Positions 12,617-26,700 of a DNA stretch of 64,000 nucleotides are shown here, one piece after another; the first letter of the stretch is position 1, and each line of letters opens with the position of its first letter. The position numbers and the translations under genes are program-made. The DNA comes from Klebsormidium nitens (Eukaryota > Plantae > Klebsormidiophyceae), in contig DF237064.1 of assembly GCA_000708835.1 (NCBI GenBank), forward strand, positions 124,001-188,000, in the 5' to 3' direction. The notes beneath the pieces were generated by a model that saw nothing but the letters and a program-made list of their open reading frames with translations, searched no databases and was not told where the DNA came from.

Positions 12617-13838
12617 CTACCGACCTCGCGGGGCTGCCATCTGTTTTAAATGCTGAAGAGCTTTATTCTGAATCCATTTCCGGTCACATGGAATATAAGC
12701 ACTCAGCTCCTCGTCGAGACTGCACAACAGACAACAATTGCGGTTGAGCTTTCACAGATCGTCTTGTTGGCACCAGTTTCCTTAATAGCATTGAAGATTC
12801 ACCAAACCTGCCAACTGTACGTGTTTGAAGAGAGGTGGTTGCTGGCTCAAGGGCACAAGCAACTTGCGACCATAAGATGGAAACAGTACGACCGAGAGTC
12901 ATGTCATCAGGATAACACAAGTAAGAGAAACGGATGGAGAACTTACACGAGGGCACTGATATCATACAGGCTGTCGATATATCCTGCGGAAGGGCCGGCA
13001 GAGGAGTAAGGTGAGGGGGGTCACCTCAAAACCACGGACTCCACAGAGATGAAGGAACCAGGAAATGAGGTCCAGGTTGGATTGGCTCACCAGTATCTTG
13101 TTTTGCTTTCTGGACGATTTTAGATCCAGCGGAGCCATCAAAAGAAGCCTGTGGCACACTTGAAGCACTCAATCTGAAGCCCAACGTTTGTGTATGCGAA
13201 GGACGTGTCCTGATGAGGAAACTTCAGAAGCATCTTCATTGGAGTGCGGTTAAAGTAACTAGAGCAATGGAAGGGGCATACCAACGAGGGTATTGCAGCT
13301 TGTGAATTGCAGACGCAGTTATGTGGGCAAGGGGCTGTGTGTGACGTCCACTCACCGAACAGGTCGGAAACATCGTAAGTAATATTCCGCACGTTGGGGC
13401 TTCTTTCTTTTAGAAGTTTCTCAAATCTTGCACATAGGGCATCCATGGCTGCACTGATGGTATCATGCGATTCCCAGGTGCGAGACCCTTGGGCCTTTTG
13501 TAGCTGATACAACATGATTGTGTGGCCATTACTTGAGGACCCCTGCACAGCAGAGGGGGACAACAATCTGTTCAACAGAAAGCAGGAATTCAATCGACTC
13601 TGCCCGTACAGCTCAATGCTTGCTGTCAGCTGCGTCTGCAGTACAAGACGCAAAAACTGTTTGCACACAGATGAGGCATTGTGTAGCAAAATCCTAAACC
13701 ACCTGTCACATCCAGAAGTGCCTCAAAAGCATTTCTTGGGCCTGATAGAGTGTTGGCCACACAAACAGCCACATGCTCAAAAGGTGAGCAGGATGTTGAA
13801 AACCTTGTGTTACATGACCTTTAGGTTGGGCTTACCAT
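12617..13838 (-). CDS. ERH: Enhancer of rudimentary homolog, 4 exons, ~109 aa
   Basis: An ATG-only first coding exon (13838-13836, followed by gtaag), then 13542-13356, 12983-12947 and 12719-12617. The protein reads MGSSSNGHTIMLYQ...RNITYDVSDLFGYIDSLYDISALVLDEELSAYIPCDRKWIQNKALQHLKQMA and fits the ER family. Confidence 0.93.
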
Positions 13839-14700
13839 TTTGCAGCGACTATGCGCCACCCGCAGATTGGGGCGCTGTGTTGAAGCTGACACCCTTGCCT
13901 CGTGGACTTCAAAGCTGCTCGGAGGCTGCAGCAGAAGCCTAAGGCAACTACGGTACTCTTGTCAATCCGTCCACCCTCACACACTTCGGGCACTGCTGTT
14001 CTGCTCGAGTTCTCAGGTTGTGGGAAAGCTGTGGAACATATGGAGCTCTTCTTGTGAACGTGCAAGACAGACACAGCGAAACGCCTAACCTTTACGTGCG
14101 GTTAGCCTAACCAGCCCGCGCCGCTGGTAACAGAATCCACCCGGAACACTCAACCGGGAAGCTGCCGCAGGACATCTCGAGGTCGGCAAACCCACCAGTG
14201 GCTGCCCTACGTTTCACACGATCGCCGTCGCAACAGAACAGGTTCGAAATGGTCAAGGGAACGAGAGCGACCATGCATCATGCAAGCTAGGGTTGAAAGC
14301 CACGAGAGAATCAGCTCGCAGAGTTGCAGCTGGAGGAGTGGTTGAAACATCGATGGCTGCGCAATGGCGGTGACGCACGTAGCTATTTGGAAGCTCTGCT
14401 AGCGAGCGGCATACATTCTCCTTGAGAACAGTTGATGGCAGGTGGTGGTCAGGGGCAAATCCGAAGGGCGCAGTGTATGACCTGTGAAAGAACGCAAGGT
14501 CCAAAAGCGACCTTATTGACTGCACCTGCAAACCAGCAGAAAATCATCTAGAGCACTTTCCTCGTGCTTTTCCTGATCAGGATTCCCTATCTAAGCAGTC
14601 TGATGCACATCAAAGGGGGGCCTAGCACCTTGCGGTGCATTACCAAAAGTTTCCTTTGTAGCTAGTGAGCTGGCTCCCAGCTGCAAAACCCCTCAGCATA

Positions 14701-17700
14701 ATGCACCTCTCCGCTGTGTCTTGTCTTGGGGTTGGGGCCCTCACATATTCCATCTCCCCAGCATGGCTCCTTTTTGGAGCTCTGTTTGCCACCCTGTGGG
14801 ACCATTTTAGGAGTCCGGCGGCAGGCCAAACCCTACTCACTTTAATCTTCCCCTTTGTTAGCTGGCTATCTTTTCGGCTCAGTCTGATCCTCGCCTTGCT
14901 GGTACACGAATGGGCCCACCTATTGGCGAGACTCCTCCTCCAAAGCAGAAGCTGTCTTCCTGCTGACGTTGGTGAAGCTCCGAAGCGCACAGCTGACGTC
15001 AGAAGCGCCGATTGGCGCGCCAACGTGAACCTCCGGGACTGGTGTCAGTGCTTGCTGCCATGGCGGCCCATGCCGCGAGGCATGACACCACACGTTTGTG
15101 GTCCCAGCTCAACCAGATCAGGGGGTTCTGCTCAAGGGGGCTGGAGGGACGCCTGCGTGCGCGGGTTTGGGTGGCTTGCAAGCGCTGTGTTCTGTGTTGG
15201 AAGCTGGAGCGTGAGAGGGTCGCTGGGGCCAGTGGGCGATTCCTTGCAGGAAGAGCTGTTTCAGGTGGGCTGACGGATTGAATCCAATGTGACATCATGC
15301 CATTGCTACTACTGCCACAGCTGTTCTGGGGTTGTTCTTTCTGGATACATTCAACTGAATTAGCTTGAAAAAGTAAAGACAATGCCAATACCAGCTGAAT
15401 TGGCTCCACAGTGCACCATTTGCTGTAAATATCCTGAGATACTCGGTGTCCATTTGATCCTTGGTGTCTAATGTCCAGGTTTAATGCAATGGCTTCCCCC
15501 ATCTCTGGATTCTTTGGACCCATTTCGTCTTGGCACCGAGGAGAGCCACTCTCATTCATGTCGCTCTCTTTCAGAGATTGCCAGCATCCATACTTGCTGA
15601 AAGACACTCGAGGCCAATCCAGCCAGCATTTATATTTTGCCTGCTTGTGCTGTCCAGGTACCCAACATGTTTGCCCATCAATTGTTTTCACCGCGGGATC
15701 TAGAGTTGTCCTCTCCCTTGTCCCCTGTCTTCTTGCCAGGCACATTCGCTTAAGCTTTCGAGAACGAGCACATCAAGCATTTGCTCCGTGATAAGTATGC
15801 CCGTGACAAGAGGAGTGCTGAACCGACAGTGAGGTACTCAGTAAAGGTCGACCACTCCTTGCCAGGCCTGTTCCATTGTCCTGCTCTGCTCCACCCTAAC
15901 GGACCTGTGCGAGATGCTGGGGCTGGCGCCGTCAAAGGCGGGCGTCTACCGCTGCGGCAACTTTGGGCTGCTTGTGGCAGGCGCAGTGGAGGGTGCCCGC
16001 TCCCGGGGGCTTGACTGCCTCCGCGTGTTGCAAGATATGGCTGCTATTTCCACGCAGGTGCGTGACAACCCTCTGGACGCGATCCCATCGACAGAATTTG
16101 TTTTAGATGACTTTAATTGCCCGAGATACTGCCAATCAATTGTTCATTTATCTTATCTCGCGAGCTCTGTCCGGCGCAGCCGACGAGCTTCTATTCGAAG
16201 ATCAGGGCACTCAGTTGATCTTAGGTATTCGGAGTCTCCTTGGTATGGGTCAAGCTCCATGAAGATCAGCCGAGGTTTGTTGGCTGCAGCAGCTGTATGT
16301 GGAAGATGAGCTAGGTTTGTTTCTGGCTTGCGCTGGGCATAACAAGTAATGCGGTCTAATTCAACTCCGAAATCGCAGGTCCTTGCTTCTGCCTCTCGCG
16401 TACAGATTTGCCTGAACTACCCTGCGAACGCTATCTTGTTCGTGCCCTTCACTTTAATCCAGGGTGCGCGACTCTGATGTTTGAAATAGCCACGTACTTC
16501 CGAATTGCCTGTTAATGCTGCTTGTGCAAATGATTGGTCCACAGGCAGAGACCTGTTTCCATCGCTTCCCACTCTCGACAATGAACTTAAATTCAGGGAA
16601 GCTCGATTCTAACAGCCATTTTACAAGTAGGACTCCTGAACAGGAGGATAAGCTGGTCAAAAGAAACAAGACGCAAGAACAATCAAGGTGTCCAGCATCC
16701 CTAGTCAGTCAAACTGCAAACCATTGTGTGGGTTGATCGCATGGGTTGACGTTGGCCGCCCTTTTCATGATCCAGCGTGGCGGCCAGTCTGGGGGACTGG
16801 TGACGTTGATCCAGTCGGAGGGGGGCCAAGTAAAGGGGCTGCGCGAGCGGGTGTGCCCAACCAAGCGCCAACACCTGGCCGTGCTGGTGAGACGCCAAGT
16901 CGATGCCCACGTCGACATTCCACGTTCTGAAAATTTGAACGTTTTCAATTTCAGGTTTCGGCGTTGCAAGTGCAGAATAGGTCGCAGCTGCCAAAAGGCT
17001 GCTACTCCATATGCAACGTTCCCTACTACGCTGTAATTTAGCTTCATGTGATGACGGCCTTTGGACTTCAGGGCTTCGAAGTTGAGTTGTGGAAGATCGG
17101 ATCCGGGGACTACGTCCTATAGATTCTCCTCTCATTTGATTACCCGCAAATATTTCAGACGAATTACCAAACGAAGACGCAAGTCGGTTTCTCATGGATC
17201 AAACCGCAAAATTAGCAGCTGAATAGAGACCGTCAGGTCATTAGTTATTGACACGCGACTTCGGCTGCGTGTTGGATTCTGAGATTGTCCGAAAAGAAGG
17301 AAGCTCAAAGCTCTCGGAGCTTTGGCTAGGTCACAATTCTGATTCATGAGCAATTTTAGGGATGCTAAACCAATTAGAAAAAGAAGCAGAAGAAGAAGAC
17401 TACGAGATTGAAGAGCTAGAGGACGACCCTCCAGAGTGCTCCACCCTGAGCAGACTACTTGTGTGCTGTCTTGTTTCGCATGTTCTATCTTCTGAGCGCT
17501 TTTTGTCCTCCTCAGCTGGCGGCACGTTTCCGGCGGAAGCTGGGCTGGGCCAGCCTGTGGCAGTGGCTGCGCCGTCTGCTGCTCTGGTGGCGACCGACCG
17601 GGAAGAGCGCCCCGGGCGCTGGCCCCAGTGTGCGCCTCTTCCTGGGCCACACCCGGTTCGCCACGTCGAGCATCCCTAGCGTGCGCGAGAGCCACCCCCA

Positions 17701-20700
17701 CCAGGTAAGCCGGTGAAGGACTTGCAAGAAGGCCGTGCAGTCCCCCCAGGCGTTGAATGATTCCTTAAAAATGCTGATAATCAGGTCTTGCGTTGAGGAC
17801 CAGGAGTTTGCTTTGTTTGTCCCTTCTACATGACACGTTGTTGTCAAGAAAAGGCTTCGTCTTTTCTGCAAGCCACTCTTGAGACCGTCCACAGCAATCA
17901 GCCGGGCTCTTAACACAGAGTACGGCCTGTCGGACTCAACCTAGTAAGTACTGGTGCTGATTCGACCCACCGGTAGGCTCGACCCTCCGCTGCATCCCCC
18001 ATCCCTCGATGCTAGACTAATGCTGTAAGCATCTTTCTCTTTCCGAAGCAACGCGCTATTTTCAGAAGCGTTCCATCTTATACACTCCTTTGTTTTGACC
18101 TGCAGTGGACCCCCACTTTCCGTTGCAACATGTGGCGCCAGGGCCGGGGCATGCAGGCGGAGCAAGTCGGCATTTACATCACGCACAACGGAGACTTTGA
18201 GTTCTGGTCGCTCTTCGGACGTGACCGGACGCACACGGAGATGGGTTTCTGGCTGCAGGTAGGTCCAGCTTAATGCAAAATGTTATACGTGGCGGCTGTT
18301 GCAATGTGAAGGAGGGGAAAGAGTCCGAAAATCATGCAAGCGCCTCGCTGATTCCGGAGGGAAAGTTTTCGCGTGCACTGAGACTCCGAAAGTGCCAGTG
18401 CGATGTCACTGCTTGCACGTGACGCAAATTCTGAAGCAAACGAGTCGAGTGCTATGCCGTCGTATCCGACTACGATGTGTCTACTTCGACACTGATACAG
18501 ACTTCCTTGAAGCCTGAAGTTGTAAGATCTTCGTGCCGGGAAAACAATAGCCAACGAAGGAGTATTTACTGGCATTTACAACCTTCTCTCCGACTGCAGC
18601 GCGTCCTGGACTGCCCCCAGTCGGCGCACTGCGACAGCGTCATGATCGGGGGCCTCGTGGAGCTGCTGCGCACACAGGGCCTCTGGATGCACTCACTGCG
18701 CCTCGCCTACCACCAGGTAAACAGGGCCTCCACAAGCTGTTTTTAAATGACCTTGCACAGTGTCTACATTCCCTACGCTTTTGGAAACATCGCTCTGCGT
18801 TTGCACAGTCCGTGACGCATCTTTTCGACATGCTTTTGGACTCCCGTTTCGGCTCGGGGATTGCCTAGTAAGGCGAGGATCGCAAGCGATCGACCGTGGT
18901 CCTTCCATATTGCCCCGCATTCGCTTTTTACGGCGAAATACCGTCTTTGAGGAAGTCTCCTCCAAAATAATGTGCGAACTCACCGACAATCAATATTGGA
19001 GGGGTATTTGAAAGGAGGTCAGACAACACATGGTCAACACACTCTGGTAACTGGACTTCAACGGGACAGTAACTGGGCCAATTTGGGTTCTTCATTGACA
19101 GAGTATCTACTCATGTTCGTCTTGCGTGTATGCAGACGGTGACGCACTCCTTCGAAGAGGTGTTCGATTACGGCCTGCCGAGCGACCCCGCGACCGCCAA
19201 CGCGGCGCCCACGCGCGCCACGCTGGACGTGCTCGCGCGCATCGCGGAGGCCGCCTTCCTGCGCTTCCTCGACCAAGCATCTCCAGGACCAGAGGTGCGC
19301 TTGGCCATCTCTTATTTTCTTAGAATGTTCTGGTTTTGTAGGGGATCGTGCCCTTTTCCGGCAGGTACCGCCAGACAGAGGCCATCCGAGCTTTGTGTTT
19401 AGCAGGTTCAAAGTTTGGAGCACGTTTCTGCGCTTCCTCGGCAAAACGAGCGGACCCCGGTATGCCACACGAGAACCTGAACCAAGTATTGGTACACAAA
19501 CTAAACTTCTGTTGGTTTTCTGCTGGATGTTTGAAGCAAGGGGTTCCCCACTTTCAATTACGCCTCATCCTCACTCTCGCCTGTTCGGAATCACGAGAAA
19601 TTACCAACTTGAGTTTGCTGAGTGTTGAAACGTCGAAAAGGATCGCAACAATGTCAGGAGGCATGCGCGGGCGCAAGTAGATTTCCATTGGTCCAAAAGA
19701 GGTCCACTTTCCCCTGCGGTTCGTTTGATGAACCGGGTTCCAGGCACATGTAGGCAAAGCGCAGGGTTCGTTTCCTCTCTCCTCGCTCGTGGGCGGTTTC
19801 TCAAAACTACACCCGCTGTTACATTGACGCACCGACTGTATTGGAGACGGGTGGTTTGCTCACCGAGTGTTATTTGCAAAAGCGTGCTGACGTCACTTTG
19901 TGTGTGGGCTGTATGCGCAGAGTCACCAGAGCGGACGTGTGCACGGGGAACAGGAGAGACGCGCCGGCGCCGGTCCGCACAGCATTGAGTGGACCGAAGA
20001 AAGCATGGAGAACTTATCCCAGGTATGCCAGCGCGAAGTCTGCCGTCCACATGGAGCAGTTTCAGGATATCGACTCAACTCTAGATTGAGAGCTCCATCC
20101 AAGTGCTGAGAGGAGCGGGGCTAGACAAAGCGTCTGGATCGCACGGTTGTTGAGCGATTCGCGAGGTTTGTTATGGGTTTGCTTAGCGGGGCGGCCCCGT
20201 TGCTGGAACGTACTTACAACCGACGCTTAAGAACCCCGCCCAAAGTACAGATCTATGAAATACGGGAGGAACACTGTCACGTTTCCGGTGCAGGCACTCA
20301 AGGCGGCAGTGCTGAGCGACGCCTCACTGCGGCTTGAGTCTTAACCAAGCTCAACTAATCAACAGAACGTACAAAGTCCACAGACTGACGACTAAACCAA
20401 GCATACAGAAAAGTTAAGAACGATAAGGAAGCCTTGCCATGTGTCTGGTGCAGGCCCTGAAGGCGGCGCTGTTGAGCGAGGCGCCGGCGCTGCTGCAGAA
20501 GAACGCCCCCGAAGGGTTCCGCACCCTGATCGAGGACCTGCAGGTCGGGCGTGGGGAGGCGTTCTTGGAGCTGCTTGCGCGGCAGGCCGTTGTCAACTTC
20601 CTGCACAACGACCTGCACTGGGCCGTCAAGAAGTTCCTCGCCAATGCAAAAGTGAGCGACTTAGCTTGGTCGCCGACGAGAAAATATGAAGTTTCTGGCG

Positions 20701-23700
20701 GAGTCTCGGCAGTGGACCTTCGTCAAGTCCTTCGGAACAACCTGCATTGGCCTGTCAAGAAGTTTTCTCACCAACGCTGAAGTGAGCTATGTCAGGTCGT
20801 GTCCAAAGCGATTACTTAGAACTCTGAAATGCCGATACCTACTAAGACCCGGCACTCGTTTGCAAGAGGCCGTCGTCAACTTCCACATAAGGATCTGCCG
20901 TGAAAATTTTCTCTGCAAGCCAAGGCGGGCTTGTCCTCCTCTTCCTTCCTAGAGTCTTTCATTTATAGAAGCAACCCCCGTTGGACTTCAACTCGTCGTC
21001 CTTGCTGCGCTGAAGCAGCCATTTTTTTTGAGCTGAAGCTATTGTGACGTCACTTTCGTGGGCTGAGCGGAAGGTACCTTCCTGCGCAGGGCTCGTTCGG
21101 ACTGGCGGTGTGCTGCACGCTGGACCCCAACCGCATCGTCCTGGCTCCGTTGGATCTACCGCTGTCCGTGGGCTGACGCTAAGCTGCACGTCATTTGCCC
21201 TAAGCTGCCGCTAAATCTGACGTCACCATTCTTGCGCAGGGCTCGTTCGGGCTAGCTGTGTGCTGCACCCTGGACCCCGACCGTGTCGTCTTGGCTGCCC
21301 TGAACCAGCCGCTGTCCGTGGGGCTGGCACCCGAGCAGCGCGCGGTGCTCTACTCATCAGAGGCGCAGTCTCTCAAGGTCAGAAATTTTGTGGTCAGAAG
21401 CGATCTTCGGGTTTCACGAGCAGAGCTCGGCTCTAGAGTCAGGGGTTTTATCGTCAAAGCTATCAGACTTGACAACACTTCCCTTCTTGCCGCTTCAAGG
21501 CCTTGTCTTTGATTGCCTTTGGCGGGCAAGGTGCCCGCGCCAAGCCGTGGTCTCCTTGCCGGAAGCGTCGACTGCGAACGTTCACACAGTTTCTAAGGAT
21601 CAAGTTGCTACTTTGGTTGAGAGGATAAGAGAGTTGACTTGCTTTTTGGAGGCATTGTGCGCGTGGGCTTGGAGGCAGCTTCAGAGGACCTTTAAGAACC
21701 CGCTAGTAACTCAGAGGATCTTTAAACAAATACTATAACTAACGACTTCAGAGATGAGCTTGTATGTCACGCCCATCTTTTGTCGCCAGGGGCAAACAGA
21801 CGTTGGAGGTTGTCGACCCAATCAGCCGTTCTTCCGTAGCCTTCTGAAGCGTCGTCGTTTCTTGTCATCGAGCATTTGGCCTTCTGAAGCGTTGTCGGTC
21901 CGTCTCCAAACAGACGTCCCTCTCGAAGCCGGGCGCGAATGGACCAGTGGAAACAGTGGCGTGGCGCGTAGATCTGAACGAGGCAGACGGCGAGGTTCTG
22001 GAGATCAGGCTGACGTCAGGGGGCGGAACGCCGGGTCAGCCACCGAGCCAGTAAGTAAACCAGAAGATCAGCACTATCTTGCTTTGCGACGGCAGAGTGG
22101 TGCATGCGTCATGAATTTGAGCTTTACGCACCCCCCGAAGGAGCACCTCCCCTTGGCGTAATTTAATGGCTTCTTCGGCGTTCGCAAGTCGAGGGGAAGA
22201 GCCTGGTTGTGCCAGGGCTCCACTTCCTATCTTTTTGAACGGGGGCGGAAATTGGACCTCAACCCTACTTTCTCCGCTCCTAACCTCCGATGTTTTCTAA
22301 CGACAAAAACTGGGTTTACTTTTCCTCGTCTGCAGACACTCCACAGACGGGGAAGCTCGCAATGGAAACCCAACGAGCGGGAGTCAGAAGGGACTGGTGG
22401 CCGATCTGGAGGCCGGGAACGGGGGCGACCCGCTGATCCAGCCGCTTCCGGATGCCGATTTTCTGACGCTGCGGCTCTACAGCCGGAGGCAGGACAAAGC
22501 GATTTCTCAGGTGCGGGTCGTGCCTCACTATCTTCGCTGATGGCTCAGATAACGTCTGCGCCTTAACCGCTCGTTGCTGGTTAGAAATTGCTTGGCATAG
22601 TCTCGACACAATTATCCAGCTTGAATGCAAGCGATTCTAGGTCAGACTTTGAAGTCCTGACCATGATCTCGGCAAACGCTGGAGATTCAGTTGAGGGCGC
22701 GGGGTTGCGGACGTCGCTCTTGGCCGCGCGTATCTCATGCTCCCTCGCTGCCTCCTTGCATCCAAGAATCATCGGGAACTATTTCTGTCTCTCCTTCAAC
22801 CACGCCCTATTCATCAACAGAACCGCTGGGAGTTTCCTAAGCAGCAGGCAGGATCTTGCTTTCTTGAGAACACCTTACAAGCCGTAACGCCTCCGACCTT
22901 GGTGAACAACCCGCGGCAGTCCACTTTTTGCATCGTTCTAGTTCTGTTTTCACTATGCGTTTGCCTGTAACAACGCGCCGGATACCCATTCTTTTTGCAG
23001 TCCGAGTTCGAGGCCTCTCAGCGACTCGTACAAATGGCAGGCAACCCGTACATTACGTTCGACGACCCTGTGATAGAGCATGACCTGGTTGGAAACGACA
23101 TCCAGGTACGTCTTTGTGAGCGAAAGGAACTTCGGTGTTCATCTATCTTATTCTTCTTTGTCAAAAGATCCTACAAAAAATTCCTAAGAGATCCTAAAAT
23201 TTCCAAGGATGGTAATCCTTTCGAGGCAGTATACAGGGGGTATTGTCAAGGATCTTGTCGCCACGTTACTCTAATCTCAATGCCCCAGATCGTGCAAATA
23301 GCTCACGGGAAGAGAACTATCGCTGACTGGGGAGTTTTCGATCGGAGCTGGAAGCTTTGAAGTCCTGATCGAGCAGGGTGGCTGACTTCCCTCCTATTTT
23401 CCAGGACATCCCTCGTGTTCTGGCGACCATCCGCCGCGAGTGGACCACTGTGGGCAGTCTGAATCAGCAGACAGCGGGCGCCCTCTTGGCGCTTCTCCAA
23501 GAAAAAGCGGCCATGATTGGGGACGCGCCAGGGGATGGGAGCACGCGCAAGGAGATCGACGTGTTGGTTACAGGCGTGGAGAGCAGCCTTTGGGTCGGGG
23601 AGCAGTTTGCGGCGGACCTGCAAAACTGTGAGGCCGCATTGAGCTTATTTTCTTTGATCAATAGGTGCATCCTCCACACTCACGAAGAAGAGTCTGCTTT

Positions 23701-26700
23701 TGCGAGCCACGCTGCTTCTGCGGAAGGTTGCCATTTGCGCATTGCCGAGCGACAAATTGTCTGCGGCTGGCTTTGCATGCAGTCTTGTTTCTCAAAACCA
23801 ATCCCCCGAAGACTCCTGCAACAATTGCACGAAATGCAAATTAAGCGGCAACCAAGTTGGCGTGCTCGATACAACCTGTGACTGGGTATCATCTCTAAGT
23901 AGCTTTTCCGTTAGTATAAACCGTGCTGAAGCTTGATAAACAGTCACCCCTCGTCAAACAGCGCTCGGGCCAGTTAGGATGCTGCTGACCTCCTACTTCG
24001 ACGGAAATTTTGCAGAAAGCCGCTGTTGACTGCACCTTGTGTTGGGACCCTAAAAGTCGCTTCTAGACCTAGTCAAGCCTCTGACCATAAGCCATGTCTC
24101 TGCAGTCCTGCCCCAGTTGCGCGTCGTGCCCATCTCGAGCAACAAGGTGATCGGCGTACTGGGCAACGCCCGGGGCAAGATTTCGACGGCCGGCTTTTCC
24201 TTCTGCCGCCTCACGAGCAGCCTGCGCAGCACCATTGTGATCGCCATCAGCCAGTCGGGGCAGACGTTCCCGACCCTGCACGCCACGCGCATTCTGCAGA
24301 GGGAGTGCCCGGGGTGAGCGGCCGGGGGAAGGGTCCAGTGCATTTTGAGTGTCGGCTTGCAAAAGCCGGGAAGTCCTCAGAACTCGACCTTAGCCGAGCA
24401 ACACTGCAATGTATTCCCATGAAACGGAAAGTTGTTGCTGGAGTACGCTTGCAAAGAGGTACTATATCCTCGCAGATTTAGAAGCAATTTTCTGGGGTGC
24501 TAAGGTTGGCAGTTTTTGATTCGATTCCTCTCCTGGGTCGGCCTCAACTTGCGACAAATTTGCGGCAGATTTGAACCACTTTGCGCTTCACAACTTGGTC
24601 CAGGGCCAGAGCCCAGTTTTCAATTCTTCAAGTCAACAGTACATGATTCCTCACGGTTGCGCCTTCACCGGCCTGCCTTCGAGAGTCTGCCTGCAACGGG
24701 TCTTTGACGACTTGTCTGAACGGGTCTTTGACGACAACTGAGCACGCCACGTGTCGTGTTGTAGGCGCGTGTTCGTGGTGAGCGGTCTGCTGGACGGCAA
24801 AATGTCGCAGGCGGTGGGTCAGCGACTGGAAGCCGGTGCGGCATTCTGCCAGCGCGTGTTCTGGACCGGGGCCGGCTGGCGCGCCGCGGAACCTGCAAGG
24901 TGAGGGCGGGGTATTTTGACTAGGTTCATAAAATCAAACTTGTGCCTAAGGAGTTATAGTGGTTGAGGTTGTCACGTGTCGTCGTCGATGGATTGCCAGC
25001 GCGTGGTCTGGACCAGGGCCGGCTGGCGCACTGCGCGGAACCCGCAAGGTAAGGGGAGGCGGATTAATCAGGTTTGGATAACCAAACTTGTGGCTAGTCA
25101 TTTGTCACAGTGGATGGATCATCACGGCTTTGTTTTGACTGTTTGCCACGCGGTGTCTCTACGAGAGCTGGATGTCGCGATGCAGATCGAGCTTGCGAGG
25201 TAATGGGATGCGATTTAGCGAGTTTGAGGAGCTAGATGTTTGGGAAACCGCTTATCAAAGAAGTTTTGGAATGTCGTCGCGTGGTTTTCAAAGACGGAGC
25301 TGGCTGGCGCGCTGCCGAAGCTGCAAAGTACGGGGCGGTTCTATTGAGTGCACCGTGACATGCTGAGTAAATGGGGCTTGGCTCGAGTCCAGAAAAGGTT
25401 TTGATTAGGCTGCAGTCTGACGTAGCTGTCAACAAACCGCCTCTTTTGAAGCGCATTGGGCTTCTCGGTGTTTGCAAGCCCGCAAAGCCTGCGTTTTCTT
25501 CTGATTATGATTTTGCTTGTTTGCAGTGTGTCCTGTGTTGCCGCCCACGGTTAATACTCTGACGGAGCTGCTGCTTTGTTTCGGACGTCCAGCTGAGGGC
25601 TGCCGCCAAGCAGAACCGGGACTTTTTTATTAAGTAAACGACGACCTTTATACCCTTCAAGACTTGCCTTTTGTCTCTTAAACTGTCCATAAGATTGACA
25701 CTGGAATCGCTCTTTTGCAGTGTATCCTCTGTCGCCGCCCACGCTACTCTGACGGAGCTTCTGCTCTTCTTGGGCGACCAATTGAGGGCTACCGCCAAGC
25801 AGCACCGGGGTCCCGGGCCTCTTGGCCTCCGCCTCACGCGCAATGACATCAGTGAGCGCCGCTTCTTGTTTTGGCTTTAGCAAATCTTGTGGTGGTCAGT
25901 GAGATCAGAAGAAGTGGTCGGGCGGTCAGAAAAGATGGTCATCGCGTGTCAGGGGTTCTTGTGTTAGCAATTCATGGTGTCAGGCTTTCTCCAAACAGAT
26001 TTATCCTTCTGGATCTTCAATTCATCATCCAGAAAGGGGATGCACTTTTCCTGAATGCTGGTCACGCTTGAAAAGAGCAAATGGTGCCCCCTGTTCGGCG
26101 AGCAACACCTTCCCTCTTTTTGTTTCAATTGTTGACTGTTTCTTCACATTGTCCCCCCAGTTCTCGTAATTGCACTCAGTATCTGACTCATGAGGATTCT
26201 CCTTTCGCTGACGGCAGAATGGGCAGAAAGACTTTTCTGACAGCAATAATTGCTGCTTGCAGAGGACATGGGCCGGGTGCGAGACGCCTTGGTTGACAGC
26301 ACAGCCGGAACGTAAGTCCACTTTATCTCAGACAAACTCCAACTTAGGTAATCAGACAGTTGATCGAAGCTTTTGCCCTGCCATACGACTTCGCCAGATA
26401 AGCTATCGCGCGTGCTTCAAAAGACAAGGAAGAACAGGGTCCATTTTCTGATAGGACGCGCCAGAACTTCTGTTTGGAAGCATGCCGCAGGCGTTTCGAC
26501 CTAGAGCAGAAAGACACATGATCAATGCGAGCTTCAAGCCCTCGTCTGCCCGAAGAGCTGTAGACCTTCTGTACGAGCTGGGAGTTCTGAATATCATCGG
26601 CCGACACAAGAAAAAGCAGTCTCTTGCGTTGCTTACAGAAACGTTGGAAGTCCTCTTGAAGAAGTATCTCCCCCTTACATGTCTCCATTTCTCCTCCAGG

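Noticed and set aside
14240-14255. GGTTCGAA tRNA T-loop / B-box-like word (also near 4982)
   Set aside because: No cloverleaf or A-box around it.
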